Shown here piece after piece: positions 1 to 9,313 of a stretch of DNA of 53,819 nt. Source of the DNA: an uncultured Bacillota bacterium (lineage in GTDB: Bacteria > Bacillota_I > Bacilli_A > RF39 > UBA660); the NCBI GenBank assembly GCA_947165005.1, contig CAMUYN010000001.1, positions 67,963-121,781 of the forward strand, read 5' to 3'. The notes beneath the pieces were generated by a model. The model did not search any database. It saw only the letters and a program-made list of their open reading frames with translations, and was not told where the DNA came from. The position numbers and the translations under genes were made by a program. Each line of letters opens with the position of its first letter. Position 1 is the stretch's first letter.

Positions 1-1
1 T

Positions 2-328
2 AAAGTAAAAGGAACAATGCATTGTTATTCAGGAAGCTTAGAAATGGCTAAAGAATTCATAAAACTAGGTTTTAAAATAGGTATAGATGGACCAATTACA
101 TACAAAAATAATGTAAAAGGCGTATCTGTAGTAGAAGGAATACCTATAGAAAGTATATTACTAGAAACAGATAGTCCGTATTTATCACCAGAACCAAATA
201 GAGGACTCCAAAATAGTCCATTAAACTTAATATATATTGCAGAAAAGATAGCAGATATTAAGGGAATATCTACTGAAGAAGTAATTAGTAAAACTACTGA
301 AAATGCTAAGGAGTTATTTAATATATGA
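2..328 (+). CDS. tatD: TatD-family metal-dependent hydrolase/DNase, C-terminal part (5' end lies upstream of the window)
   Basis: The frame is open from the window edge. Translation ..GTMHCYSGSLEMAKEF...LLETDSPYLSPEP fits the TatD HC(F/Y)SG and ETD(S/A)PYL motifs. Stop overlaps the rsmA start (ATGA). Confidence 0.8.
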   Translation, partial: KVKGTMHCYSGSLEMAKEFIKLGFKIGIDGPITYKNNVKGVSVVEGIPIESILLETDSPYLSPEPNRGLQNSPLNLIYIAEKIADIKGISTEEVISKTTENAKELFNI

Positions 329-1134
329 ATCAAGAATTAGTAAAAGATTTTAAATTTAAGAAAAAATTTGGTCAAAATTTCTTAAAAGATGAGAATATAT
401 TAAGAAATATAGTAAGTAAATCTGAAATAGATAAAGATACTTTAGTATTAGAAATAGGTGTAGGAGCAGCTTATCTTACTTATTATGTTTCTGAGAAAGC
501 TAAAAATGTAATTGGTTATGAAATAGATGAATCTCTAAAGGATATCATTGATGACCAATTAAAAGAAAGAGATAATGTAGAAATAGTATTTAATGATTTC
601 TTAGAAGCTAATGTTAAAGATAAAATAAAAGAATATAATTATAAGAAATTATACGTAGTAGCAAATTTACCTTATTATATAACTACCCCAATTATTACTA
701 AGATTATTAATAATAAACTAGGAGTAGATAAAATAGTAATAATGGTACAAAAAGAAGTAGGAGATAGATTTAATGCTAAACCTAATTCTAAAGAATATAA
801 TTCTTTAACTATATTCTTAAACTATTACTTTGATATTAAGAAACTAATGGATGTATCAAGAAACTGTTTTGTGCCAAAACCAAATGTAGATAGTGCAATT
901 ATTGAATTTAAATCCAATAAAAAATATAATGTAAAGGATGAAGAATTATTTTTTAAAATTGTTAGAGATTCTTTTAAATATAAAAGAAAGAATCTTAGAA
1001 ATAACTTAAAAGAATATGATTTATCAAAGATAGAATCTGCATTAAATTGTATAAATAAGGATTTAACTGTACGTGCAGAAGCACTATCTATTGAAGATTT
1101 TGTATATATATCTAATTATTTAAAAGACAATTAA
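325..1134 (+). CDS. rsmA: 16S rRNA (adenine1518/1519-N6)-dimethyltransferase RsmA/KsgA
   Basis: 269 aa. N-terminal KKKFGQNFL motif, SAM-binding LEIGVGAAYLT, NLPYYITTPI motif. Followed by yabG as in Bacillus. Confidence 0.93.
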   Translation: MNQELVKDFKFKKKFGQNFLKDENILRNIVSKSEIDKDTLVLEIGVGAAYLTYYVSEKAKNVIGYEIDESLKDIIDDQLKERDNVEIVFNDFLEANVKDKIKEYNYKKLYVVANLPYYITTPIITKIINNKLGVDKIVIMVQKEVGDRFNAKPNSKEYNSLTIFLNYYFDIKKLMDVSRNCFVPKPNVDSAIIEFKSNKKYNVKDEELFFKIVRDSFKYKRKNLRNNLKEYDLSKIESALNCINKDLTVRAEALSIEDFVYISNYLKDN

Positions 1135-1178
1135 TGTCTTTTTTTTAATTCTTATCATATTATACTTTAGGTGATTTT

Positions 1179-1910
1179 ATGTTTAATATTGGAGATTATG
1201 TATCAAGAAATAAGTATAATAATGATTGTATATTTAAAATAATTGATATAAAAGATAATATTTATTATCTATCTGGGGTAAATATTCGATTACTAGTTAC
1301 TTCTGAATTATCCGATTTAAAAAAAGAAAACGCAGTTAGATCAGATGATAACTATGTTGAAGCAAAAGAATTTAAAGAAGATTTTTTCTATTTAACCCCA
1401 ACTATTTTGCATATTGATTCTTCAAATGACTATTTAGAAAGATGTTTAAAACTATATAGAAATAATAAACTAAATGCTTATGGAATAGTTTGCAATGAAA
1501 AAGAAATACCTAGTAATATAGATAAATATTTAAAAGATATTAATCCAGAAATAGTGGTTATTACAGGCCATGATTTTTATAATAAAAAAGATAATAGCTA
1601 CCAAAATAGTGATAATTTTATTAAATCGGTTAGAATTGCAAGAGATTATTCAGACAAAATAAGAATAATAGCTGGTGCTTGTCAATCTAATTTTGAAGGA
1701 CTAATAAAATCCGGTGCTAATTTTGCTTCTAGTCCTAAAAGAATAAATATTCATGCTCTAGACCCAGCTATTATTGCAACTAAACTAGCATTAACTGAGA
1801 GTACTAAAAAAATAGATCTAATTCATATATTAAATGAGACAAAATGTGGGCCAAAAGGCATAGGTGGAATAGAGTGTAATGGCAGTATGTTTGTTGGTTA
1901 TCCAAAATAA
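1179..1910 (+). CDS. yabG: Sporulation-specific protease YabG (peptidase U57)
   Basis: 243 aa. N-terminal GDYVSRNKYNNDCIFKIIDI and C-terminal GACQSNFE..HALDPA resemble YabG. Conserved position after rsmA. RBS ttaggtgat 5 nt before the ATG. Confidence 0.8.
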   Translation: MFNIGDYVSRNKYNNDCIFKIIDIKDNIYYLSGVNIRLLVTSELSDLKKENAVRSDDNYVEAKEFKEDFFYLTPTILHIDSSNDYLERCLKLYRNNKLNAYGIVCNEKEIPSNIDKYLKDINPEIVVITGHDFYNKKDNSYQNSDNFIKSVRIARDYSDKIRIIAGACQSNFEGLIKSGANFASSPKRINIHALDPAIIATKLALTESTKKIDLIHILNETKCGPKGIGGIECNGSMFVGYPK

Positions 1911-1930
1911 CAAAAAAATACTTTGAAAAT

Positions 1931-1959
1931 TTGACATTTATTATTGGTTGTGCTAGAAT
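1931..1959 (+). promoter_or_regulatory. Sigma-A-type promoter (TTGACA-17 nt-TAGAAT)
   Basis: ttgaca at 1931-1936 and tagaat at 1954-1959 with exact 17-nt spacing, upstream of ORF 1994. Confidence 0.55.
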
Positions 1960-1993
1960 ATGAAACATTCTTTTAAAAAGAAAGGGGATTTTT

Positions 1994-3145
1994 ATGAATC
2001 AAAATATAAAGAAAGCTCATGAAGAAGCTGAAGTAATAAAAAAACTTAATGAAGAAACAGAAAAAATCAATTTAAGTAAGGTTAAATCTTTAATTGATAA
2101 ATTAGAACATGCGTATAATATTAAAGATGTTAATGCTCTTAAAAGTTTAATTCCAAAATTTGAAGAATTAAGTAATATCTTAGGTAATGATACTTATGAA
2201 ATTATAATAAATCAAATTGCTTCAATTAAATTAAATATTGAGGAATTAGAAAATGGAGAAGATTTAACAAAAGTTAATGGTAGTGATAAGGATGAATCTA
2301 AAAAGATTTATGAAGCTCAACTAAGAAATTGTGAAGCAAAAAGAGATGTACATAAATATAAGGATACAATTCAAGCTGCAGCTGCTATGAAAAATAAAGA
2401 GTTCTTCTCAGAAGAAGATCATTTATATCAATTCTATAAAGCTAGAGAAAAAAGAATTGATAAGAGAAATGCTTTATTTACAGCAGCATCTATCGTTACA
2501 GTAGGAGCTTTAATAGGGACAGTAGCTTTTACTAATAAAGCTTGTAATAAAAAAAATAATAATGTAGTAAATAATACTAGTAGTTCAATTACTACTACTT
2601 TAACTGATAGTCAAGAAACTACTACAGATACTACTGTAAATGAAACTACAAGATCTTCAATTGATGAAGTATTTGAAACTACAACAGTAGAAACTACTGA
2701 AGTTCCTACTGATGAAACCACAAAATTTACTTTAGAAACTATAGATTTAGATGGATATACTTCACCAACTAGACCAACAAATCAAACAGGTAGTAATGGT
2801 GGATCAAGTAGAACAGAAAGACCAGATACTACATATCAAACAGTTGGAACAACACATGCTAGCGATGATGTAACTGTAGTTGTTACACCAATTCCAACAC
2901 CAAAACCAGTTGAGACAACTGTATCTACTGAAACTTCAGCAGTTACTACTAATGAATCTGGTGTAAAAGTTGATGAACAAGGTGAAACAATAGCTACAAC
3001 TTCATATCAAGAACCTGATGGAACAGATGAACTTCCTATCGAACCTGTTGATGAAACAATTGATATATTTGCTGATTGTGAATATACAGTTGAAGAAGTA
3101 GAAGTAGCTAAAAATAGAAAGGTACTTGTTTATAGATTATCCTAG
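1994..3145 (+). CDS. Hypothetical single-pass membrane protein with coiled-coil N-terminus and Thr/Glu/Val-rich extracellular region
   Basis: 383 aa. RBS aaagggga. One hydrophobic helix (FTAASIVTVGALIGTVAFT) followed by a low-complexity TT.ETT tract. No recognisable catalytic motif. Confidence 0.6.
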   Translation: MNQNIKKAHEEAEVIKKLNEETEKINLSKVKSLIDKLEHAYNIKDVNALKSLIPKFEELSNILGNDTYEIIINQIASIKLNIEELENGEDLTKVNGSDKDESKKIYEAQLRNCEAKRDVHKYKDTIQAAAAMKNKEFFSEEDHLYQFYKAREKRIDKRNALFTAASIVTVGALIGTVAFTNKACNKKNNNVVNNTSSSITTTLTDSQETTTDTTVNETTRSSIDEVFETTTVETTEVPTDETTKFTLETIDLDGYTSPTRPTNQTGSNGGSSRTERPDTTYQTVGTTHASDDVTVVVTPIPTPKPVETTVSTETSAVTTNESGVKVDEQGETIATTSYQEPDGTDELPIEPVDETIDIFADCEYTVEEVEVAKNRKVLVYRLS

Positions 3146-3173
3146 GATTATCTAATAAATTATGGTGGTAAAT

Positions 3174-4322
3174 ATGAGAAATATTATAGATTTTAAAAAG
3201 AAAAATAATGGTAAAAAAATAGTAGCTTTATTAACTGCTGGTAGTATATTAGCTTCATTTGCTGGATGTGGAAAGACTGAAAGTAAAGTAACAGAAGGAA
3301 GTACTACTTCAGAAACTTTAGTTGAAACAACAGTTACTCCAACTACAATTGAAACAAATATACCTACTATTGAAACTACATCAGCAGTTGAATATAGTGA
3401 AAATGTTGCTACTGAAGATTTTATAACTTATGCAAAAGCTGTTTCTAATGCAATGTATGAAGTAAATAAAGAATATTTTGATGAAAAACAAATTACCGTT
3501 GAGGATTTAGTACATGTTTATTATTTTATGAATGATAAATATTATAATGTTAATGGTGATTTATTAATGACTTATGAAGATTTTAATGAATCTACTATTA
3601 TATTGAGAGAATTATTCTTTCCTCAAAGAGAAAATGAATTATTACAACAATTAAGTAATGTAAATCATGGTGATAAGACATTTGAAGAATATATGGAAGA
3701 AGTAAATGCTTCTGTATTCTATGATTCTATAAATGCTCCTATATCTAACTTTATATATCCAACTCCAGAGAATAAAGAAGCAATAGATTTCTTCAATGAA
3801 GTTAGTAAAGAGAATGCAAGACGTTTAGGAGATATTCAACATGGTGTATTAGGTACACACGTAAAAGATTTCTTTATTGATTGTTATAATGCAGAAGCAG
3901 GAAATATAACTGTAGAAAATAGAATATTTAATGAAGATATAAATCTTGATAATTATTTACAAGATAATGGAACTAAATATGGTATTAAATATGCAATAAC
4001 ACTTGCAATGTTAGCAAACACAAATTTCGCAAATACATATTTAGATGGATGTACTATAACTATATATGATCCTTCAATAGGTCAAGATGTTGAAGTTTAT
4101 ATAGGCTTAAACTATGAGGATTCTCGTTTAGTTGAAGTTTATGAAGAAGGAAGATTAACTGAAACTGAAGATATTCTTCGCGCAGAAGCATTAAAGGATA
4201 GAAGATATCAAACACATCTTGAAGAAGAAAATTGTAATGTTTATGAAGGAATAATTAGAACAGTTTATGGAATTGAAAATGCTTATGCATTTAAAGGAAA
4301 TGTTAAAAAGAAAACATTATAA
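3174..4322 (+). CDS. Putative lipoprotein of unknown function
   Basis: Lipobox LASFAGCGK after a hydrophobic signal. ATG at 3174 preferred over 3162 because of RBS ggtggt. Thr-rich linker, then a globular domain. Confidence 0.6.
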   Translation: MRNIIDFKKKNNGKKIVALLTAGSILASFAGCGKTESKVTEGSTTSETLVETTVTPTTIETNIPTIETTSAVEYSENVATEDFITYAKAVSNAMYEVNKEYFDEKQITVEDLVHVYYFMNDKYYNVNGDLLMTYEDFNESTIILRELFFPQRENELLQQLSNVNHGDKTFEEYMEEVNASVFYDSINAPISNFIYPTPENKEAIDFFNEVSKENARRLGDIQHGVLGTHVKDFFIDCYNAEAGNITVENRIFNEDINLDNYLQDNGTKYGIKYAITLAMLANTNFANTYLDGCTITIYDPSIGQDVEVYIGLNYEDSRLVEVYEEGRLTETEDILRAEALKDRRYQTHLEEENCNVYEGIIRTVYGIENAYAFKGNVKKKTL

Positions 4323-4426
4323 AATAATATAAAAAGGGGTTTAAAAAAAGAATATATTTAATATTCTTTTTTTTTGTGCTACAATTATCTTTGAAAGACA
4401 TATAATAAAATATAATGGAGGTAATT

Positions 4427-5677
4427 ATGCATAAAATTATAATCAACGGTGGAAAAAAACTAGAGGGTGAAATTACAGTTAGTGGAGCTAAGAATAGTGC
4501 AGTAGCCTTAATACCAGCTGCAATACTTTGTGATGAAACTATTACTCTAGCTAATGTTCCCAATATATCAGATGTAGAAGCATTAGAGGATATTCTTAAA
4601 CATTTAAATGCTGGTATAGAAAGAAGAGATAATGGAGAATTGTATATTTCGTCCAATACTATAGAAAATAAGAAAATAGATAAGAAATTAGCAAAAAAAT
4701 TAAGAGCATCATATTACTTTATGGGTGCATTATTAGGAAAATACAAAAAGTGTGAAATGTGTTTTCCTGGTGGTTGCTCAATAGGAACAAGACCAATCGA
4801 TCTTCATTTAAAAGGTTTTGAAGCACTAGGTGCTACTATAAAGGAAAAAGGAGACAATTATATAATCCAAGCGGATGAACTAAAAGGAGCTAAAATATAT
4901 TTAGATTTTGCTTCAGTAGGGGCAACAATAAATATTATGTTTGCTGCAGTACGTGCTGAAGGAACAACAATAATTAATAATGCTGCTAAAGAACCAGAGA
5001 TAGTAAATGTTGCTACATATTTAAATAATATGGGTGCAAAAATAACAGGAGCTGGAACTAAAAAAATTAAAATTGAGGGAGTTAAATACTTACATTCATG
5101 TTTCCATGAAGTAATACCAGATAGAATAGAAGCAGGTACTTATGAAATAATTGGAGCAGCTTGCTCAACTAATTTAAAAGTAAATAATATAATACCTGAA
5201 CACTTGGAATCGTTAAACAACAAACTTAAAGAAATGGGTGTAGATATTACTGTTAATGATGATAGTGCAATAATAAAAGAGAGTACTAATTTAAAATCAG
5301 TTTGTGTTACAACAGCAGTATATCCTGGTTTTCCTACTGATTTACAACAGGTATTAGCTACTCTTATGACTCAAGGAACAGGCGAATCTGAAATACATGA
5401 AAATATTTTTGAAAACAGATTTCAAAATTTGTATGAATTAAAGAAAATGGGTGCTAAAGTAAAAGTTGATGGTGATAGAGCTTATATAAAAGGAAAGACA
5501 ACTTTAACAGGAACAGAAGTATATGCTACAGATTTAAGAGCAGGGGCAGGATTAGTAGTTGCAGGTTTAATTGCAGAAGGAACAACAGTAATAGATAATG
5601 CTGATCTTATATTAAGAGGATATGAGGGAATTGTAGATAAGTTACGTGCAGTTGGCGCTGATATTACACTTAAATAG
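4427..5677 (+). CDS. murA: UDP-N-acetylglucosamine 1-carboxyvinyltransferase
   Basis: Translation MHKIIINGGKKLEGEITVSGAKNSAVALIPAA..., catalytic-loop CSIGTRPIDLHLKG, C-terminal RGYE..VDKLRAVGADI. RBS ggaggt places the start at 4427 rather than 4415. Confidence 0.93.
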   Translation: MHKIIINGGKKLEGEITVSGAKNSAVALIPAAILCDETITLANVPNISDVEALEDILKHLNAGIERRDNGELYISSNTIENKKIDKKLAKKLRASYYFMGALLGKYKKCEMCFPGGCSIGTRPIDLHLKGFEALGATIKEKGDNYIIQADELKGAKIYLDFASVGATINIMFAAVRAEGTTIINNAAKEPEIVNVATYLNNMGAKITGAGTKKIKIEGVKYLHSCFHEVIPDRIEAGTYEIIGAACSTNLKVNNIIPEHLESLNNKLKEMGVDITVNDDSAIIKESTNLKSVCVTTAVYPGFPTDLQQVLATLMTQGTGESEIHENIFENRFQNLYELKKMGAKVKVDGDRAYIKGKTTLTGTEVYATDLRAGAGLVVAGLIAEGTTVIDNADLILRGYEGIVDKLRAVGADITLK

Positions 5678-5771
5678 AAAAATATCTTGCATTATTTTAT
5701 TAGTATGTTATAATATAATGGATTTCAAAAAAATTCTATAACATTTTTGTTATGGCGAAGGGAGAATAATT

Positions 5772-5984
5772 ATGGCAAAGGAAAAATTAAACATATATAA
5801 AGATTGTAAAGTTATATGTGCTTGTGGTGCTACTTTTGATACTAAATCTACAAAGGATGAAATCCACGTAGAAGTTTGTTCAGAATGTCATCCATTCTAT
5901 ACTGGAAAACAAGTAAGAACAAGTAAAAAAGGTAACGTTGAAAAATTCAATGCAAAATATGGATTAAATAAAGAAGAAAAATAA
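5772..5984 (+). CDS. rpmE: 50S ribosomal protein L31 (Zn-binding type A)
   Basis: 70 aa. CACG...[12 protein letters not shown] motif. Extended -10 promoter (tgttataat) upstream. Confidence 0.93.
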   Translation: MAKEKLNIYKDCKVICACGATFDTKSTKDEIHVEVCSECHPFYTGKQVRTSKKGNVEKFNAKYGLNKEEK

Positions 5985-6029
5985 TTAGACTTATGTCTAA
6001 TTTTTTTGTATAATAAAATTGGTGATAAT

Positions 6030-6461
6030 ATGAAGGTAGCAATTACTAATGATCATAGAGGATATGAATTAAAAAAATATATAATTAAGCATATGAAAAA
6101 TATTGAATTTGTAGACTTAGGAGCAAATTCAAAGGAATTCTCTGATTATTCCACTAAAGGAATTGAACTTGGGGAATATGTAGTAAAAAATAAATGCTTT
6201 GGTGTAGCTATATGTGGATCTGGTATTGGTATATCTATAGCATGTAATAAAGTAAAAGGTGTTAGATGTGCTAAAGTAGATTTTATTAAAGAAGCAATTG
6301 TTTCTAGAAGAGATAATGATGCTAATATAGTAGCCATATCTGGTGAAAAAAGTTTTGAAAGAGCAGTTAGAATAGTAGAAGAGTTTATTAATAGTGATTT
6401 TTCTAATGTTGATAGGTATAAAAAAAGAATAAAACAAATTAATGAATATGAATCTAAGTAG
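6030..6461 (+). CDS. rpiB: Ribose-5-phosphate isomerase B (RpiB/LacAB family)
   Basis: MKVAITNDHRGYELK..., GVAICGSGIGISIACNKVKGVRCA motif. RBS ggtgat supports the ATG at 6030. Confidence 0.88.
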   Translation: MKVAITNDHRGYELKKYIIKHMKNIEFVDLGANSKEFSDYSTKGIELGEYVVKNKCFGVAICGSGIGISIACNKVKGVRCAKVDFIKEAIVSRRDNDANIVAISGEKSFERAVRIVEEFINSDFSNVDRYKKRIKQINEYESK

Positions 6462-6488
6462 TCACATATAATTTAATGGTGATGAAAA

Positions 6489-7418
6489 ATGAGAAAATTA
6501 CTTGTTTTTGTAGTATTTGTAGTTAGTATTCCAGTAATGGTTATTAACTTTTTTTATTCTTATAAAGATTTTGATATGGATACAGGTTTTATTAATAATG
6601 AAAAAGAAAATGATGTATTTATTAGAGTATTAAGAGGAAACGGCAATATTGAGACAATTAATATTGAAGATTATTTAATTGGTGTAGTTCCCTCTGAATC
6701 ACCTTTATCATTTGAGGATGAGGCTTTAAAAGCTCAAACTGTTGCAGCTAGAACTTATGCCCTTAAACAAATGCAGAATAATCAAGGAAATTCTTATGAT
6801 GTTACTGATGATACTTACAGTCAAGTATACTCTGACTTAGATACTTTAAAATATAGATGGGGAGAATATTTTGATCAGAATTATACTAGAATAAAAAACA
6901 TTGTAGATTCAACAAAAGGTCAATATATGTCTTATGATGGTGATATTATATATGCATTCTTTTTTTCTACAAGTAATGGTTTTACTGAAGATAATAAAGA
7001 TGTTTTTGGTGCAGACTTACCATATTTAAAAGTAGTTGATAGTTCTTTTGATGCTGAAGAAACAGATAGGTTTAGTGTGACAACTTCATTTACTAAGGAT
7101 GAATTTTATAACGATTTAGGAATACCATATAGTGATGAATTAATTATAACTGATGTAGTTAGAACAGCATCTAATAGAGTTTCTAATTTATGTATTAATG
7201 GATATTGTTTTAATGGGATATCTTTTCAATATAAATTGGGACTTAGATCTAATGATTATGAGATAATTGATAATGGGAATATAGAAATAACTACAAAAGG
7301 ATTTGGACATGGTGTTGGGCTTAGTCAATATGGAGCAAATGCACTTGCTAAAAGAAATAAGAATTATGAAGAAATATTAAAATATTATTATCAGGGAACA
7401 GAATTAAAAAAATTATAG
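6489..7418 (+). CDS. spoIID: Stage II sporulation protein D (SpoIID lytic transglycosylase family)
   Basis: 309 aa. N-terminal TM; EDYLIGVVPSE...EALKAQTVAARTYAL...FFSTSNG.TE...GHGVGLSQYGAN signature. Confidence 0.9.
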   Translation: MRKLLVFVVFVVSIPVMVINFFYSYKDFDMDTGFINNEKENDVFIRVLRGNGNIETINIEDYLIGVVPSESPLSFEDEALKAQTVAARTYALKQMQNNQGNSYDVTDDTYSQVYSDLDTLKYRWGEYFDQNYTRIKNIVDSTKGQYMSYDGDIIYAFFFSTSNGFTEDNKDVFGADLPYLKVVDSSFDAEETDRFSVTTSFTKDEFYNDLGIPYSDELIITDVVRTASNRVSNLCINGYCFNGISFQYKLGLRSNDYEIIDNGNIEITTKGFGHGVGLSQYGANALAKRNKNYEEILKYYYQGTELKKL

Positions 7419-7464
7419 TATATTTTTCAAATTATTAGGAAAGATATTTATAGAGGTGAATAAT

Positions 7465-8073
7465 TTGAAAAGGAAATTAAAAGGATATGTTCTTCCTATA
7501 TTAGTTGGATCTGTATTAGGTATATTATTAAATGTATATTTATCATTTAGAGGAACAGGAGTTTCATCTATACCAGAAGATTTTAATTATGTATCACAAG
7601 GTATTATTAATAATACTATGCCAGTACTTAGTTATGATGATGTATTAATAAGACCTTATCAAACTGATAAGATTAATGTTATCAAGAGGTTTTATGATGA
7701 AGAGAATAAAGAGTTAGGCATTATCTATTTTAAGGATACTTATATTCAAAGTTCTGGTATTTTGTATAACTCTGATGAAGAATATAATGTAATATCAATT
7801 TTAGATGGAGAAGTTATTAATATAAGACAAGATGATTTATTAGGAAATACTGTAGAAATAAAGCATACAGATAATCTTATTAGTTCATATCAAGGCTTAA
7901 AAAATGTATATGTTCATAAGGGAGATCAAATTAATCAAAATACTATTATAGGTAAAGCTGGAGAAATAAAACTAAATGAAACTTATCAAAATGCATTATT
8001 GTTTGAATTAATAAAAGATGGCCATTATATTAATCCGGATAAGTATTTTGACAAAAAGATTAGAGAATTATAA
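7465..8073 (+). CDS. Membrane-anchored degenerate LytM/M23-domain protein, SpoIIQ-like
   Basis: N-terminal TM. M23 fold signature GNTVEIKH..LISSYQGL...GDQINQNTIIGKAG, but the catalytic HxH region reads ALLFEL. Lies directly after spoIID as SpoIIQ does in clostridia. TTG 7465 fits RBS agaggtga better than GTG 7456. Confidence 0.6.
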   Translation: MKRKLKGYVLPILVGSVLGILLNVYLSFRGTGVSSIPEDFNYVSQGIINNTMPVLSYDDVLIRPYQTDKINVIKRFYDEENKELGIIYFKDTYIQSSGILYNSDEEYNVISILDGEVINIRQDDLLGNTVEIKHTDNLISSYQGLKNVYVHKGDQINQNTIIGKAGEIKLNETYQNALLFELIKDGHYINPDKYFDKKIREL

Positions 8074-8132
8074 AAAAGAATAAGTAAAACTTATTCTTTT
8101 TTTGTGATATAATGATTTTAGGTGATGTATTA

Positions 8133-9209
8133 ATGAATAATATTTGGATTGACAATTTAAAAATAGTTTTATTTGTATTTTTAATAGTAGTATTAATAGT
8201 ACCAATAATAATTAAAATTGCCCATCATGTTAATGCATTAGATATTCCTAATGAAAGAAAAGTACATAAAAATCCAATGCCTAGACTTGGTGGCCTTGCT
8301 ATATTCTTAGGATTTTTAATTGGATATATGGTTTTTTGTAAACCTACAGTTCAAATGAATTCAATATTAATAGGAAGTTTCTTTATAATATTGCTTGGTG
8401 TTTTTGACGATATAAAACCATTAACACCACTTATTAAGTTTGGTGGCCAATTATTAGCAGCGATTATAGTTGTATATTATGGTAATATAGTTATGCAAGA
8501 TATATCTGCGTTTGGTTTGTATATAAATTTTGGTATATTTGCACCAACTATTACTATATTATTTATAACATGTGTAATTAACTGTATGAATTTAATTGAT
8601 GGATTAGATGGTCTCGCTGGCGGTATAGCAACTATCTTCTTTATTACAATAACTATTATAAGTAATATACTAGGTATATATAATGGATTAGATTCTGCAT
8701 TAACTTTAATAATGATAGGAGCTACTCTTGGATTCTTATTATATAACTTTCATCCTGCAAAGATATTTATGGGTGATAGCGGTTCAATGTTTTTAGGTTA
8801 TATAATTTCAGTAATATCATTACTTGGATTTAAAAATGTAACATTAACATCATTTATAGTACCAATAATTATATTAGCAATTCCAATACTTGATACTTTA
8901 TTTGCAATAATTAGAAGATTATTAAAAGGACAATCGTTCGCTAAAGCAGATAAAGAGCATTTTCATCATCAAATACTTAGAATGGCTGGTAATCAAACTA
9001 AAACAGTATTAATAATATATTTAATTCAAATATTATTTTCTGTAGCATCAATTGTATATGTTTTAAGAAATCCAATGCTAGGTAAAATAGTATATATAAT
9101 ATTATTATTAATTATTGTTTGGATAGTGGCATCTACTAATATAATTTTTGATAGAAAAAAAATAAGTGAAGATTTTAGAAATAAATTTTTAAAAAAGAAA
9201 ACTAAATAG
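8133..9209 (+). CDS. Glycosyltransferase family 4 (WecA/TagO/MraY-like) undecaprenyl-phosphate sugar-1-phosphate transferase
   Basis: Polytopic membrane protein with NLIDGLDGLAGG and FMGDSGSMFLG motifs. RBS aggtga before the ATG at 8133. Confidence 0.85.
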   Translation: MNNIWIDNLKIVLFVFLIVVLIVPIIIKIAHHVNALDIPNERKVHKNPMPRLGGLAIFLGFLIGYMVFCKPTVQMNSILIGSFFIILLGVFDDIKPLTPLIKFGGQLLAAIIVVYYGNIVMQDISAFGLYINFGIFAPTITILFITCVINCMNLIDGLDGLAGGIATIFFITITIISNILGIYNGLDSALTLIMIGATLGFLLYNFHPAKIFMGDSGSMFLGYIISVISLLGFKNVTLTSFIVPIIILAIPILDTLFAIIRRLLKGQSFAKADKEHFHHQILRMAGNQTKTVLIIYLIQILFSVASIVYVLRNPMLGKIVYIILLLIIVWIVASTNIIFDRKKISEDFRNKFLKKKTK

Positions 9210-9313
9210 GTTTATGACTTAATGGACTTTAATGGCTATTTAAATATAACATATTATAAAGAAGGAAAAAAAGGTATTTTATTAGTACCTTTTTTATAGT
9301 ATTAAGGTGTATT

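Noticed and set aside
25-333. Antisense or alternative-frame ORFs inside well-supported genes (25-333-, 4303-4656-, 6129-6437-, 6146-6337-, 13658-13891-, 14997-15179-, 17123-17428-, 21381-21569-, 23161-23349-, 24224-24598+, 24809-25087+, 26111-26293-, 31335-31568-, 37179-37367-, 39692-39904-, 43082-43297-, 43597-43797+, 43958-44176-, 45406-45597+, 48233-48454-, 49692-50060+, 51725-52006-)
   Set aside because: Each lies within a gene with clear homology-type motifs on the other strand or frame. They have low-complexity, Ile/Phe/Leu/Ser-rich composition typical of shadow ORFs in AT-rich DNA, and no RBS.
1165-1181. Recurrent TTAGGTGAT(TTT)ATG string (1165, 8118, 28238, 36244, 37202) as a possible dispersed repeat
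   Set aside because: It is simply an extended Shine-Dalgarno (AGGTGAT complements the 16S rRNA 3' end) plus AT-rich spacer and start codon, not a mobile or regulatory repeat.
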